Program-made: the position numbers and the translations under genes | Notes under the pieces: model-generated | Database searches by the model: none | What the model saw: only the letters and a program-made list of their open reading frames with translations | Told to the model about the DNA's origin: nothing | Shown: positions 12,370 through 25,466 of the stretch, one piece after another | Numbering within the stretch: the stretch's first letter is position 1 | Layout: each line of letters starts with the position of its first letter | Assembly: GCF_006345805.1 (NCBI RefSeq) | Contig: NC_043024.1 | Coordinates: forward strand, 17,732,001-17,796,000 | Source: Octopus sinensis | Lineage: Eukaryota | Length of the DNA: 64,000 bases | Direction of reading: 5' to 3'

Positions 12370-13010
12370 CACACACATACATACATACACACATACATAT
12401 ACATACACCTGCATACATATATACATACACGTACACACGCATATATATATACACACACATTATAAAGATGAAGGTAGTCAGGATTTTGAATAAAAAACTA
12501 TTTATTGGCACTTTCATCTTTCGAGAAATCCATCATGATGAATATCTCAAAAGAGATGAAAGCACTAAAGAAATAATTTTCATCCAAAATCTTAACTACT
12601 TCGTTTCTCTTAATATGAAAAATCTTTATACCACATCAAACAATCTATACATACATACGTATGTACATACATACACACGCACACACACACACATATATAT
12701 GTGCATAGAGAATACATATATACATCCACACATACATACACACTCATACATGCATACATACATACACACACATACACAAACGCACTCACATACATACACG
12801 CACATAGACACACATTCATACACACATGCACACATACATGCATGAATACACATATATACATACACACATACTCATACACATGCATAATACATAAATACAT
12901 ACATACATAGACACACACACACATACACACACACAACCATATATATACATACTTATAAAAAGAAACACATACATACATACATACATACACACATACATAC
13001 ACATACATTT
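12370..13010. repeat. (CA/TA/CATA)n microsatellite field with an embedded fold-back cassette at 12460-12650
   Basis: Direct reading. Confidence 0.9.
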
Positions 13011-14439
13011 ATTCCTTCATTCCCTTATGTGACAAGCTTTCACTTTCCATCTACCAAATCTTCTCAGAAGACTGAGGTCAGCCTGATGCTATCATTTGTT
13101 GAAGGCGCCACATTTGTGGTTGGGAAATGAACTTCTCCACATGCGGGACACCATGAACAGCTAAGTCCTCTGGGGACCCTAAATACTTTAATGTATTTAT
13201 CGTTGATGCTGTTTTGTGACAGGTCAGCTTTGATCAAGCAAATTTATAATCAAAGGCTTTCCAGCCATGACCATCACAACCTTTTAGAAATAGTAATAGC
13301 TACATTATTTAATCTGTTTTTCCAGTTTCTTTTTTTAATGATGAGACTAGCTTAAGGTGACCCGCTCTACGCACGGGTAAGAGTGTGGTTGCTTCCTTTC
13401 TGTTTTTTACCACCACATTCTCCCTCTTTGTTTCTCTCTCCTTTCTCTCTCACTTTCCCACTCTCTTACTCTTCCTTTCTCTCGGACTTTCCCTTGCTTT
13501 CTCTTACTCTCTATCTTTATCTATCTATCTCTTTCCCATTTATAAACAACAAAAGATCTTGAGTAAGTTGAGAAAGTGAAATATTTTGAAAGATCAATCA
13601 TAAATATCAGGCAGTGACAATAAAACTCTCTATGAATGCAGACAGACATACAGAGAGAGAGAGGGAGGCGGTGGGGGAAAGAGGGACAGCGCTGGAAAAG
13701 GTATCGGGGGGGGGGAGATAGTAGTATCTGTCAAACGTCGTTATAGAGAGAAAGTGATGGGAAGGGAGGAAACAGAGAGAGACAGAGGAAGACATGCAGA
13801 TAAGTGAATGAGAGGAGATTTGTCAAAGTGTGCGTTTCTTGCCCTAGTAACCACACCTTTTAAGATAGGCATTTCTAACCTATCCCACTCACATCCTCAC
13901 CTCATTTTACATGTCCCTGTAAATTTTGGAGTCAATCTTACGGGATCTAGTGTCCTTTAACCCATTCCAATGCCAAAACCAGACAAACAAACTTTTCGCA
14001 TTTCAGATTTATTGATATTGATATGATTTCAGTGAGATTAAGCTGCTATTTCTAGCAGATCAATTAACAAGATAAAAGCTCATTGTTGTGAAAATATTAT
14101 TATTTGTTGTTTAACCCCAGGTCAGCCCTGATTGTGAAGACCTGTAATGAAAGACATTCCAAGCATGACCAATCTGGCTGTTTTTCTTTCAGAGTGTATC
14201 TAGAACTTTTAATGTGTCTGTTCTTTTGTTAAGTTCATAGAGTGTGGGTTGTGGGAGATTAACCTGCCATTTCTAGCAGGTCGAGCCACATTTTTATCAT
14301 GTGTGTGTTGTACCTTCATATGTTGGTGAAACTCTGAAAGCACATTGGAGTTTTAAAGTTCTTAAAACCACAACAACAACAACAACAACAACAATAATAA
14401 CAACAACCAGAAGTGTTTTAAGGTTGTTTTCCCTTCTGA

Positions 14440-14690
14440 AGCAAGGATTACTCTTGAGGGCTCTGTGATAGCCTTTTCTATTCTCCCCTGTCCTCTACAT
14501 TGCCCCCACCCCATCACTAATCCCTGTTGCCTTTATTTCCTCCTCTTTTGTCCTTAGCCATGAATTTTTTTCACTTTTTCTATTTCCTTCCACATTCCTT
14601 TACACTATTCTCCTCACCTGCTCACTTTTGTCCATCCTTTGCACATGACACAACCATTTCATCCCATTTCTCAGAAGTAGTTTTGAAAAG
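14440..14690 (-). mobile_element. Highly degenerate RTE ORF 3' fragment
   Basis: LRNGMKWLCHVQRMDKSEQVRRIV*RNVEGNRK resembles the RLRWFGHV.RM...V.G.R motif. Confidence 0.55.
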
Positions 14691-15199
14691 AACTTTGATA
14701 ATGATGCTAAAAATTTGGCTAGATTATGTAAAATGATTACCTTAGTCATAATTAACCCTTTTATGCCCATATTTCTAATTAGATACACTATCTGTTTCAA
14801 TTAATTTTGAAAATTATTGGGAATTTGGAGATCTTTAGTAAAGTAATTTTGTCATTATGACACTGGCATTTCATTATTTAAATAAAGAAATAACAATTTA
14901 ATTCAGATATAAATGAACTTCTTGAAGATGAACAGTTTAAAACTGTTTAAAAACGGTGTTTTGTATTGGAGAAAAAGAGGAAGAGGCAAGAAGAGATTTT
15001 AAAGATAAAGTTCTGGAAATGACAGGTTTATTAACAAGCAGAATCCTAGGAAATTCTTTGTCATTAATTTTTTATTATTTCTATTTTGTTGCATATATTT
15101 GTTAATCTCCATAACATCAATTCGTTATATTTAAAGCGTTTGCCTATATCTTAAGTTTTTTTCAGTAACGGAGGTTGTTTAAAGCATAACACTCAACAC

Positions 15200-15560
15200 T
15201 TGTTTACTCTTTTACTTCTTTCAGTCATTTGCTGGAGCACCGTCTTTAGTCGAGCAAATTGACCCCAGGGCTTATTCTTTGTAAGCCTAGTACTTATTTT
15301 ATCGGTCTCTTTTGCGAAACCACTTAGTTACAGTTGTCAAGCGATGTTGGGAGAACAAACCTATACACACACATGCATATATATAGATATATACGACAGG
15401 CTTCTTTCAGTTTCCGTCTACCAAATCCACTCACAAAGCTTTGGTCGGCCTGAGACTATAGTAGAAGACACTTGCCCAAGGTTCCACACAGTGGAACTGA
15501 ACCCAGGACCACGTGGTTGGCAAGCAAGCTACTTACCACACAGCCACTCCGATGCCTATT
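15200..15560 (-). mobile_element. SINE family A with an internal deletion
   Basis: Reverse-strand tail and head match 588-986. Confidence 0.88.
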
Positions 15561-16029
15561 TCTTTACTTGAAATATTTTGATTTTTATCTTCGAGTTTGT
15601 TTGATAGTTAAGGTTGTTTACTGTGTAACGCTTTGAAGTCATTACAACTTAAGTTATGTTACTTGATGCTTTGTGTTCACATCCAGCACCTGGATGAACT
15701 TTTCTTCTTTTGTCCTTTTGGGGATTTGATTAGATAAAATAGCAGTCAAATGCCTGTGTTTGAAGAAAACTGTTGACTGGAGAAGAAAGAAAAGAAGATT
15801 GCATAAAAAGTAGAATATATAAGGAGAGGAAGTGGTGGAGTAGGATCGAGGGGAGGAGGTGGTGGAGGAGACAGCAAGAAAAGAAATAAGAAATATATGC
15901 AGCAGGAGAGAAAAGAAGAATGGTAATTTGTGTGTGGATAACAGTGAAGACATGGTAGATATGGGGTATGTGGGTGTGGCTGAGAGATTTAATGTATTCT
16001 TAATAGAGTTGTTTAAGGATAATGAACTA

Positions 16030-16790
16030 AGAAGGTGGTGGTTGGAGTGGGAGTAGCAGGAAGAGAGAGGGGGAGAAAGAGTGAGTCTGTAATATATAGA
16101 CAGATAGATAAGATAGATAGATAGATAGATAAGTGGATTGATGGATAGATAGATAGATAGACAGATAGATAGGTGGATACATAGACAGATAGATAGATAG
16201 ATAGAAAGAGATAGATAGATAGATAAAAAAATAGATCAATAGGGAGTGAGAGTCTGTAAGATATAGATAAGATAGATAGGGAATGAGTCCAAAGATAGAG
16301 AGAGAGAAAGAGAAAGAAAGACAAAGAGACAGAATGAGTGAGAAAGTGAGTGAGAGGGAGAATGAGTGTGAAGATAGAGAGAGAGAAAGAAAGAGTGAGT
16401 GAGGGAATGAGAGAGAGACTGAGGGATATGCAGTTGGTGAACAAGAAAAAGAGACAAGATAAGAGCGTGTGTATGTGTGCAAGAGAGAAAGAGAGAGTGG
16501 GGGGGGATATGCTTTATGAGATGTCATCAATACCAATGAAGTTAAACTAACAGACTTTACTGATTGGTTTAAATATGTAAAACTGATAGATCTAACACTT
16601 TTGTAGTTTCTCCTCTTTACAATATTTCTCTGTCTCTCTCTCTCTCCCCTCTTTCCCTCCCTCCCTCCCCCTCTCTTTCTCATCTATCTTTGTTTGCCTT
16701 CTCTCTCTCTCCCACCAACACCACTTCTGTCTCATCTTCCATCACCTATCTGTCTCTTATCCATCCATCTTTCTCACTCTCTCTCCCCAC
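16030..16790. repeat. (GATA)n, (GA)n and (CT)n low-complexity tract
   Basis: Direct reading. Confidence 0.9.
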
Positions 16791-16811
16791 CAATATTACT
16801 GCTGTTTATCT

Positions 16812-17120
16812 GGTGTGTGGCCTAGTGGTTAGGGCATTCATCTCACAATCGTAAGGTCATGAGTTCAATTCCCAGCGACGCATTGTGTCCTTGAGCAAAA
16901 CACTTTATTTCACATTCCTCCTGTCCACTCAGCTGGCAAAAATGAGGAGTACCTGTAATTCAAAGGACCAGCCTTGTCACACTCTGTATCACACTGAGTC
17001 TCCTCAAGAACTACATTAAGGGTAGGCGTGTTTGTGGAGTACTCAGCCACTTGTGCCTTAATTTCATGAGCAGGCTGCTCCTTTGACTGAATCCTTGTCA
17101 TCGAAACCAACGGAGTGCCA
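16812..17120 (+). mobile_element. tRNA-headed SINE family E
   Basis: TGGCCTAGTGG A-box, GAGTTCAATTCCC B-box, central GTCCTTGAGCAAAACACTTTAT..CCACTCAGCTG; tail shared with 60610-60785 (minus). Confidence 0.8.
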
Positions 17121-17140
17121 GGTTTTATTTTTAATATATA

Positions 17141-17357
17141 CAAGAGGCTGTTGTAAAGTTACTGGCTTTGGGTAACAGAGAATAAAGGAAGAATCAGTTA
17201 ATTATGATTTTATTCAACATATTCCCCTCTCAGATTCACACACTTATTGCAGAGGTCATTCAGTTTTACTAAGCTCTGTAAAAGAACTTGAAAGGTTGTG
17301 CCTCCAACCAGGCCTTTTGTAAAAACCTTAAAGCCAGAAACTTTTCAGCATCCCCCT
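17141..17357. mobile_element. Mariner-derived MITE
   Basis: TA|CAAGAGGCTGTTGTAAAGTTACTGGCTTT pairs imperfectly with AAAGCCAGAAACTTTTCAGCATCCCCCT. Confidence 0.6.
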
Positions 17358-17475
17358 TATCAATATGTCTGTGTATGTGTTTGTCTGTATGCATATGTGT
17401 GTGTGGTGTGTGCACATGTGTGTGTGTGTGTGTGTGTATATACATACATACATACATACATATATACATATACTC

Positions 17476-17860
17476 TTTTACTCTTTCACTTGTTTCAGTC
17501 AATTGGCTGTGGCTATGCTGGAGCACTGCCTTTAGTCAAACAAATCAACCCCAGAACTTATTCTTTGTAAGCCTAGTACTTGTTCTATCAGTCTCTTTTG
17601 CTGAACCACTAGGTTATGAAGAGGTGAACACACCAACATTGGTTGTCATGCAACTGTGAGGGGACAAACACAGACACACAGATACATACATACATATATG
17701 TGCAGGTATTACTGTGTGGTAAGAAGCTCACTCCCCAACCTCATGGTTCTGAGTTCAGTCCCACTGCATGGCACCTTGGGCAAGTGTCTTCTCCTATAGC
17801 CTCAGGCTGATCAAAGCCTTGCAAGTGGATTTAGTAGACAGAAACTGAAAGAAGCCCATT
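17476..17860. mobile_element. SINE-A tail half (minus) adjoining a SINE-A head half (plus)
   Basis: 17476-17700 is the reverse complement of the tail; 17703-17860 is a forward head. Confidence 0.8.
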
Positions 17861-17911
17861 GTATATATATATATGTGTGTGTGTGTACACACACACACAT
17901 GTATATATATG

Positions 17912-17951
<40 letters not shown>

Positions 17952-18014
17952 GAGGTTGGCAGGTGCAGCCCATATGTACACATATGCCTGAGTGTGCTTC
18001 TCTACTCCTCACTG

Positions 18015-18300
18015 TGTTGTCCAGTTGAGAAAAGAATGGATGACAAGCAATTTCTGTAGCATCATTTTCTCCAGGAGATTGGATGAAGAGATGAAGAAAT
18101 AATTGTTCAATTGGTGGAACAACTTAAAACCCGGAAAAAATATTTCCAAGGCTGCAGTAAAAGATGTTGATATTAATTCTAAGTCGTGGAAGATCCTTGC
18201 ATTTGAGACATCTGTCCTATAGAGTCCTGTAAAGAATTGTGCTACAGTGTCTGAGCAGCCGAGACACAGACAAGTTGAGTAGAAGAGGATGTTGGAACAT
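18015..18300 (+). mobile_element. Degenerate RTE (BovB-like) ORF C-terminal fragment
   Basis: RMDDKQF and AAVKDVDINSKSWKILAFETSVL*SPVKNCATVSEQPRHRQVE*KR, with stops and frameshifts. Confidence 0.45.
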
Positions 18301-18478
18301 TCTGGAGTCAGTGAACTGGGGAAAAAGAAAAAAGAATTTCCAGTCATTTTTGGACTCTTCAATCAATGATGTCATAGTCTTCAACTATGAGGATGGATGA
18401 ACGAAGATATGTGCAGTGTGTATGTACACATGTCAGTGTGTGTGTGTGTGTGTATGTATACATACATACACACACACT

Positions 18479-18530
<52 letters not shown>

Positions 18531-19090
18531 TATATATATGTGTGTGTGTGTGTGCGTGTGTTTCTCAGAGGAATTGAGTTGATGGATTATGTTTTACAAT
18601 TCTGTGGACAAGTACTTCCAATATGCTTTTGTGTATGTGTGTGTGTGTGTTCATATGTATGAGTGTGCCTTTTATGTACGGGTTTGTGTATCTGTCTGTG
18701 TGTGCGAATATGTATATGTGTTTAAGTATTAAGTGTGTATGTATGATGCATGAATGCATATGATTATGTAGATAGCGATTAGTATACGGCTTTATTATTT
18801 ATTTGTGGGTATGCATGTAACTATGCCTGTGTCTGTATAGATGCGCAGATACATATACATCTGTCTGTTTATGTGTGCATGGCAATGTGTGTGTGTGTGT
18901 ATGTATATATATATATAAATATATGTAAATATGAAACTATTAGTAGCTCTTTCAGTTGTATACTAAATTGATATATAAATATATATATATAGGGATATAT
19001 ATATATATATATATATATACATAGTTATATATGTGACTACAGTTTCTTTACCTGTTCTGTGTGTATGTACCTGTCAATGTGTGTATATGT

Positions 19091-19127
<37 letters not shown>

Positions 19128-19514
19128 CATACACATATACATATGTGTGTGTGTGTGTGTGTAACTACAATGTCATTATTGTACCAATGTTGTTCATGTC
19201 CACTTTTGTTCCAGCTGTGTTGACAGTCGACCTCCCAGTGGGACTGGATGTTCTCCAATAATATTGATTTATTATAGGAAATGATATTACAGTGGACTCC
19301 CTCATTGTCTCCCTCTCTCTCGCCGCATATTGAAACACGCACACACAAATGTATATACAAATATGCATATATATATATTATATCTATATATTTCTTAAGT
19401 CTGGCTGCACTCATCAGAGCAAAACAGTTGCTATGCTAATGGTGCTTACTGAGGCAGGAATGTGTTCACTGATATCTTCCCCCAGAAAATTAAAACAAAG
19501 AAACACAAACTATC

Positions 19515-19632
19515 TTTTCCGTGTGGTAAGTAGCTTGCATGGCACCTTGGGCAAGTGTCTTCTACTATAGCCTCGGGCCAACCAAAGCCTTGTGAGTGGA
19601 TTTGGTAGACGGAAACTGAAAGAAGCTCGTTG

Positions 19633-19671
<39 letters not shown>

Positions 19672-19880
19672 ATATATTTGTGTGTCTGTGTTTGCCCTCC
19701 AACATCGCTTGACAACTGATGCTGGTGTGTTTACGTCCCCATAACTTAGCAGTTCGGCAAAAGAGACCGATAGAATAAGTACTGGGCTTACAAAGAATAA
19801 GTCCTGGGGTCGATTTGCATGACTAAAAGTGGTGCTCCAGCATGGCCGCAGTCAAATGACTGAAGCAGGTAAAAGAGTAA
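19515..19880 (+). mobile_element. SINE family A with a head deletion
   Basis: Colinear with 588-986. Confidence 0.88.
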
Positions 19881-20159
19881 CACTATGTTAAATTCTGGAG
19901 ACTTGTTGAATCTCTGAGATTGTCTTACCTTCTCGCTTTTAACAAGTACCAGTTGTCATATCAGTCTTTGTTTACTTTCTCTCAAAGCACAGAGAGTTTT
20001 AATAAATCAAGGAATTATCTTTTGTGGTGTTTACTCCACCATTCTTCGTGTTTGTTGCCCAAATTCATGCCACTGCCCATTCTCTGCTCTTTCTCTCAAC
20101 CCATTTTTCATTTTACCTTTATACATTCACAGAAAGCAGAACGGTTAGCACATCACTTT

Positions 20160-20338
20160 TACTCTTTTACTTGTTTGTCATTTGACTATGGCCATCCTGG
20201 AGCACCGCCTTTAGTCGAGCAAATTGAACCCAAGACTTATTCTTTCTAAGCCTAGTACGTATTCTATTGGTCTCTTTTGCTGAACTGCTAAGTTACGGTG
20301 TATGTAAACACACCAGTATCGGTTGGGGGTACAAACAT

Positions 20339-20372
<34 letters not shown>

Positions 20373-20533
20373 GCATATATACGATAGGCTTCTTTCAGTT
20401 TCCATCTACAAATCCAGTCACAAGGGTTTGGTCGGCCCGAGGCTATAGTAGAAGACACTTGCCCAAGGTGTCACACAGTGGGACTGAACCCAGAACCATG
20501 TGGTTCGTGAGCAAGCTACTTACCACACAGCCA
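20160..20533 (-). mobile_element. SINE family A
   Basis: Reverse-strand tail, hinge and head. Confidence 0.88.
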
Positions 20534-20544
20534 ACTTTCTCCAA

Positions 20545-20790
20545 CTTTCTTTAATTGCAAAGTCTTCCAAATTAGTCTTACATAATGCATCTGCTTCTCT
20601 TCTTAGTAAAAATAAAGCAGCCATCCTGCCTTGTTGCACAGTTGTTTTAATGAGATTTTTAATAGACTTCAACAGAGAAAATGAACGCTTAGCTGAGCAA
20701 TTTATCACCATTAATGTTAAAAATATACAAATGGTAATGTCTACATTTGGAAAGGCACACTCAATAATATTTATTTTAGCAAGTTTAAAA
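20545..20790 (-). mobile_element. hAT transposase C-terminal dimerisation-domain remnant
   Basis: IIECAFPNVDITICIFLTLMVINCSAKRSFSLLKSIKNLIKTTVQQGRMAALFLL matches the FPN...FLT..V...S.ERSFS.LK.IK..LR.TM.Q.RL pattern. Confidence 0.75.
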
Positions 20791-21029
20791 TGATTTTCTA
20801 ATGTACCGTAAACTATTTACAATTTTTGTGGTGCCCACCCTTTCCTCAATGCCCTAAGCACATACTTTGCTTAAGGGTTGACCCAGTGTTGCATCCAGCT
20901 GTAGAAAGCAAGCCAAACAGACTGGAGCTGGCTTATGAGTTCCAGTCAAACTGTCCAGCACATGCCAGCATGGAAAACAGCCACTAAAAGATGATGATGG
21001 CACAAGCACGTGCACGTATGAGTTTATGG

Positions 21030-21410
21030 AATATAAAGAAATTGGGAGTATACAAAAATAAAGCATTGAACAAGGAGTTTGATGGTTGTTATACAAGGAT
21101 GCTTAGAGTGGCATTCAATGTCTCCTGGAAGAGTCATACAACAAACGCTGACTTACACCAGGGACTACCAAAAGTAACATTGAAGATACAGCATAGAAGG
21201 ATGAGGCCAGCTGGACACTGCATCAGTCACACCAATGAAATTGTCAGTAAGTTAGTGCTCTGGCAACCAATGAAAGGAAGAACCAGGACAGGAAGGAGGA
21301 AGATGACCTGTATCAACAACTTTCTGAAGGATTTTATTATGGAAGGGGTACAGGAGCTGAGGACCATTATGGAAGATCGAGATGAATAGGAAAGGATGTG
21401 TGGAAACAGT
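21030..21410 (+). mobile_element. Second RTE-like family, ORF C-terminal fragment
   Basis: EFDGCYTRMLRVAFNVSWKSHTTN..RRMRPAGHC..LVLWQP..GR..MEDRD (ORF 20991..21389). Confidence 0.8.
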
Positions 21411-22445
21411 CTTGGGGTGTTCTGAGGGACAACATAGATGGATAGATAGGTAGTGTTGGGCATTTTGCAGCACCCAAGATCATTGAAAGATATACAAACT
21501 CTGGCCAGTTCGTGTGCTTCTATCTTCAGAGGATAGGAAAAATTTTAATGTTTTGGACAGTGATAAGCAATTAATTTTAAAGATGGTGGACGGAGGGAGG
21601 GAAGGGTGGAGTAAGGGAGAGAAGAGTGTGGAGTAGGGGAGATCAGTGTTTGGAGAGAGGAGGATGAGGTAGAAGTGGGTGAAAGCAGGAAATAGTAATG
21701 GGTTATGTAAAGACTAGGAAGAAAGTAATTTTCTAGACAGGGAGACGCTCAGATATCACAACAGATTAAGGAGCGAATTAAGAACATACACGCATACAAT
21801 TATATATATGTGTGTGTGTGTGCGTGCATGCATCCATGCATGTGTGTGTGTGTATACATACACACAGACAGATTTATATATATAAATATATATCTACACA
21901 CAAACATGTACATTTATATCTTTCTATCTATCTATTTATCTCTATCTCTCTCTCTCTACATATATGTATGTGTGTGTATGTATCTGTATGTATATATGTC
22001 ACCGTGACCGACCAGGCTATCAGATGTTGCTATACATCGCTGGTCACAATGTGCTTCACATCGTTTTAGCCTTCAAATGACGCCACCCCACTGACTAAGC
22101 GAGCAGGCCATGTATATATATATATATATACAAACACACACACATATATATGCATATATATGTACGCATACACACACACACATATATACACGTAGATACA
22201 TACATGAATATATGCAAATGTAAAAGTACATATGTAAAAGTATATACACACAGATTATATATTTTTATATACAGATAAGTACACATATTTATATACATAC
22301 ATGTACGTGTGTGTGTGTGTGTGTGTATATACACAAGCAGACTTGACTATATGTATATTTATATCTTTCTATTTATTTATATAACTATATCTATCTCTCT
22401 GTATATATATACATATATATGTGTGTGTGTTTGTGTGTGTGTGCG

Positions 22446-22497
<52 letters not shown>

Positions 22498-22666
22498 ACA
22501 CACACACACGTACATACATACATATGCATAAATATATACAAATACACATATACATATATGCATACACATGCACATATATATATAGTGCATGTGTATACAA
22601 AATATACTTTTATATTTACATATATATATATACATTATATATATTAATATATATATATATATATAT

Positions 22667-22855
22667 AAAACATTATTGGTGAATTGAAGAATGGAGCTGA
22701 ACGCAGATTGAACAGAAATCGTTTTATTTCATTCTACACGTGTTTCGAAAGGCACAAATTACCAAATTGCCTTTCGAAACACGTGTAGAATGAAATAAAA
22801 CGATTCTGTTCAATCTGCGTTCAGCTCCATTTCTTCAATTCACCAATAATGTTTT
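22667..22855. repeat. Inverted repeat with 88-bp arms and a 13-nt loop
   Basis: 22667-22754 versus 22768-22855; two 1-nt indels and no substitutions by eye. Confidence 0.97.
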
Positions 22856-23004
22856 AATTTCAATTATCCGCACCAACGCACGGTTGCAACGCCAGATGGT
22901 TGTACCTCCAACCGTGCTGTTCACTGCTGTGATTTTGCTACTAAGGTATCGGTTAAACTTTTGATTAATCCACTACAAGATTATTCATCTTTCTATTTCA
23001 CATA

Positions 23005-23056
<52 letters not shown>

Positions 23057-23932
23057 TAAAAAGTATATTTTGTATACATACACACAGATTATATTTTCAT
23101 ATATATAAATGCACATATTTATACACATGTACCTGTGTGTGTGTGTGTCTGTTTTCTGCAAAGTGACATTCTCCTCTAATATATCACTTCATCGTTAATG
23201 CACAGACAGAATGGAAATTAAATTCTTGAGAATGGTTGCTGTGGGTGGCCGGAAGTGGTGGGGGAAGTAGAGGGTTAAAGACCAATACATAAATATAAAT
23301 GTAGAGATGCCAAGCAAAGAAGGAAAGAAAAGAAAGGAAGAAAGAGCAGAGAGAAATAAAGGAAAGAAGAACGGCAGAGGGAGAGAGAAGAAGGTGGGGA
23401 AGGTGATTCCTTTTTATCTATTTACTGTAAAAACAATCTGTAAACAGAATGGTAATTCCAAATGTTTTATGAAAGTCCTGCAAGTGTATATTTAACCAAG
23501 CTGTCACTAATTCCATCATTGTTTCTTGTTTACCACAACAAAACATACAATCAATATTGAATAGTGATGTAGAGGCAGTCATTTTTATCATTTTCCCTTC
23601 AGAACTTTACAAACTAAGACATTCTCTCAGATGCTGCCAAAGTTTCACCTTTCATCAGTCATTTGTGACCTTCGAGTATATTTTATTTAGTCTGTTAATA
23701 TTTTACTTGTTTCAGTTATTAGATTGTGCCCAGGCTGGGGCACTGCTTTAAAAAAATTTTTGTCAAATGCATCAACCTCGGTACTTACTTTTTGTTAAGC
23801 CTGGTACTTATTTTATTGGTCTCTTTTGCTGAACTGCTAAGTTACAGGGGCGTAAACACACCAACGTAGGTTGTCAAGCAGTGGTGAGGGGGATGAACAC
23901 AAGCACACAAACACACATACACTCACACACAT

Positions 23933-23964
<32 letters not shown>

Positions 23965-24805
23965 CAGACATGCAGGAAGTAAATAGACACCTTTAATTTT
24001 CAAAATCTTTCATTTAATATGCAAAGCAAACAATTGAAATGTAATTGATAAGTAGGACTACATACTTTAGTATTTAGTTGACATTCCCTTTGCAGTTTTT
24101 AATTCAGAAACTCTTTTTGCCATTGAACTAATGAGCTTTGTGATTGTCTCTTGTGGAATTTCTGCCCTCTTTTCATGCAACAATCGAAACAATTCATCTT
24201 TAGATTTATGTTACTGTCGAGTTTTTCATATAGCTCTATCTAGCATGCTCCAAAGATTTTCAATTGGGTTCATGTCAGGAGATTGGCTCGGCCAAGGAAG
24301 CTTTTTGATCCCATTTTTAGTCAGCCATTGTTGATTCCTTTTCGCTGTGTGGCATGGAGCCCCATCTTCCATGAATAAAAACTCATTTTTCATTATGTTA
24401 TCTTGTGAATACATCGGAAGTAGTCCTTGCTTAAGTATTTCGATGCATTTTTCAGAACGACCATTGCTGTTGACAGCTCCCCAATACCATTACAGAGATA
24501 CCACCATGTTTCACAGCTGGTTGGAGTTGTTTCAAATCAAATTCTGGATTGGGAAGCCTCCAGACCCAAACACATCCACTGTCTGAAAATAATGCAAATC
24601 TGGATTCATCTGAGAAAATCACTCTATCCCAAAATGAACTGGATTTTTCTGACATCTCCTTAGCCCATTTCTTACTTTTCATGATATTAATTGGTTGAAG
24701 GAGAGGTTTTCTTCTAGCTGCTTGTCCATAATATGAGTATTTATGCAGATATGTAACACATGTTCTTGGACTAACTTCTAACTGTTTTGCAATGTCAGAA
24801 TAAAC
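23965..24805 (-). mobile_element. Tc1-like (DD34E) transposon, 5'-truncated and frameshifted
   Basis: [21 protein letters not shown]; FMEDGAPCHTA..WPSQSPDMNPIENLW; TA|CAG terminus at 23965. Confidence 0.9.
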
Positions 24806-25205
24806 AGCACATGACCTTGCAGGTGGCCCCAGTTATGATTTTTTTCAGGTTAGGTAATCCATCCCACTCAAAAGGTTCCTGAATAAGGTTTGTTTAAGGA
24901 TGCTGAACACAACACCCATGTTTCCAAAGGTGAGTTATCCAAACCCCAAAGAATTCCTCTCAAGACATGGCTATGATGCTCCCCCACTACTGCTCGTGAT
25001 CAGAGGTACACATATTGTCAGCCACCAAGGGACATGCTCAACTGCCTATGGTCAAGCAACTGACAAGCAAAACTTTGGTACTGAGCAGAATATTTGCTGT
25101 AATCCATCTTTTATACCAAGACAAAACAATGTACATGACAAAACTTCCAATCAGTTAAGATCAGAAGCCTTGACAGCCAGACCTTGGTACTGCATCAGGG
25201 CATTT
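24800..25205. mobile_element. Unclassified dispersed repeat J, abutting (ATT)n
   Basis: Shares ATAAACAGCACATGA.CTTG.AGGTGG with 61975-62145; both copies abut ATT tracts. Confidence 0.45.
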
Positions 25206-25214
25206 ATTATTATT

Positions 25215-25429
25215 CACGCTGGATGAAATGCTTAGTGTTATTTTGCCCATCGCTATGTTCTGAGTTCAGAATCCGCTGAGGTTGACTTTGCCTTTCATCC
25301 TTTCAGGGTCAGTAACATACATACCAGTAAAACACTAGGGTTGATGTAATCAACTAGTCCCTATCCTCAAAACTTCAGGCCTTGTGTCTTTAGTAGTAAG
25401 GATTATTATTTTTATTATCATTATTATCA

Positions 25430-25466
<37 letters not shown>

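Noticed and set aside
19395-19425. Minus-strand CTGATGAG
   Set aside because: No stem II followed by GAAA.
23630-23670. Minus-strand CTGATGA-AAGGT-GAAAC hammerhead-like core
   Set aside because: Stem II is only one A-U pair, the putative cleavage triplet is GCA rather than NUH, and stem I is weak.
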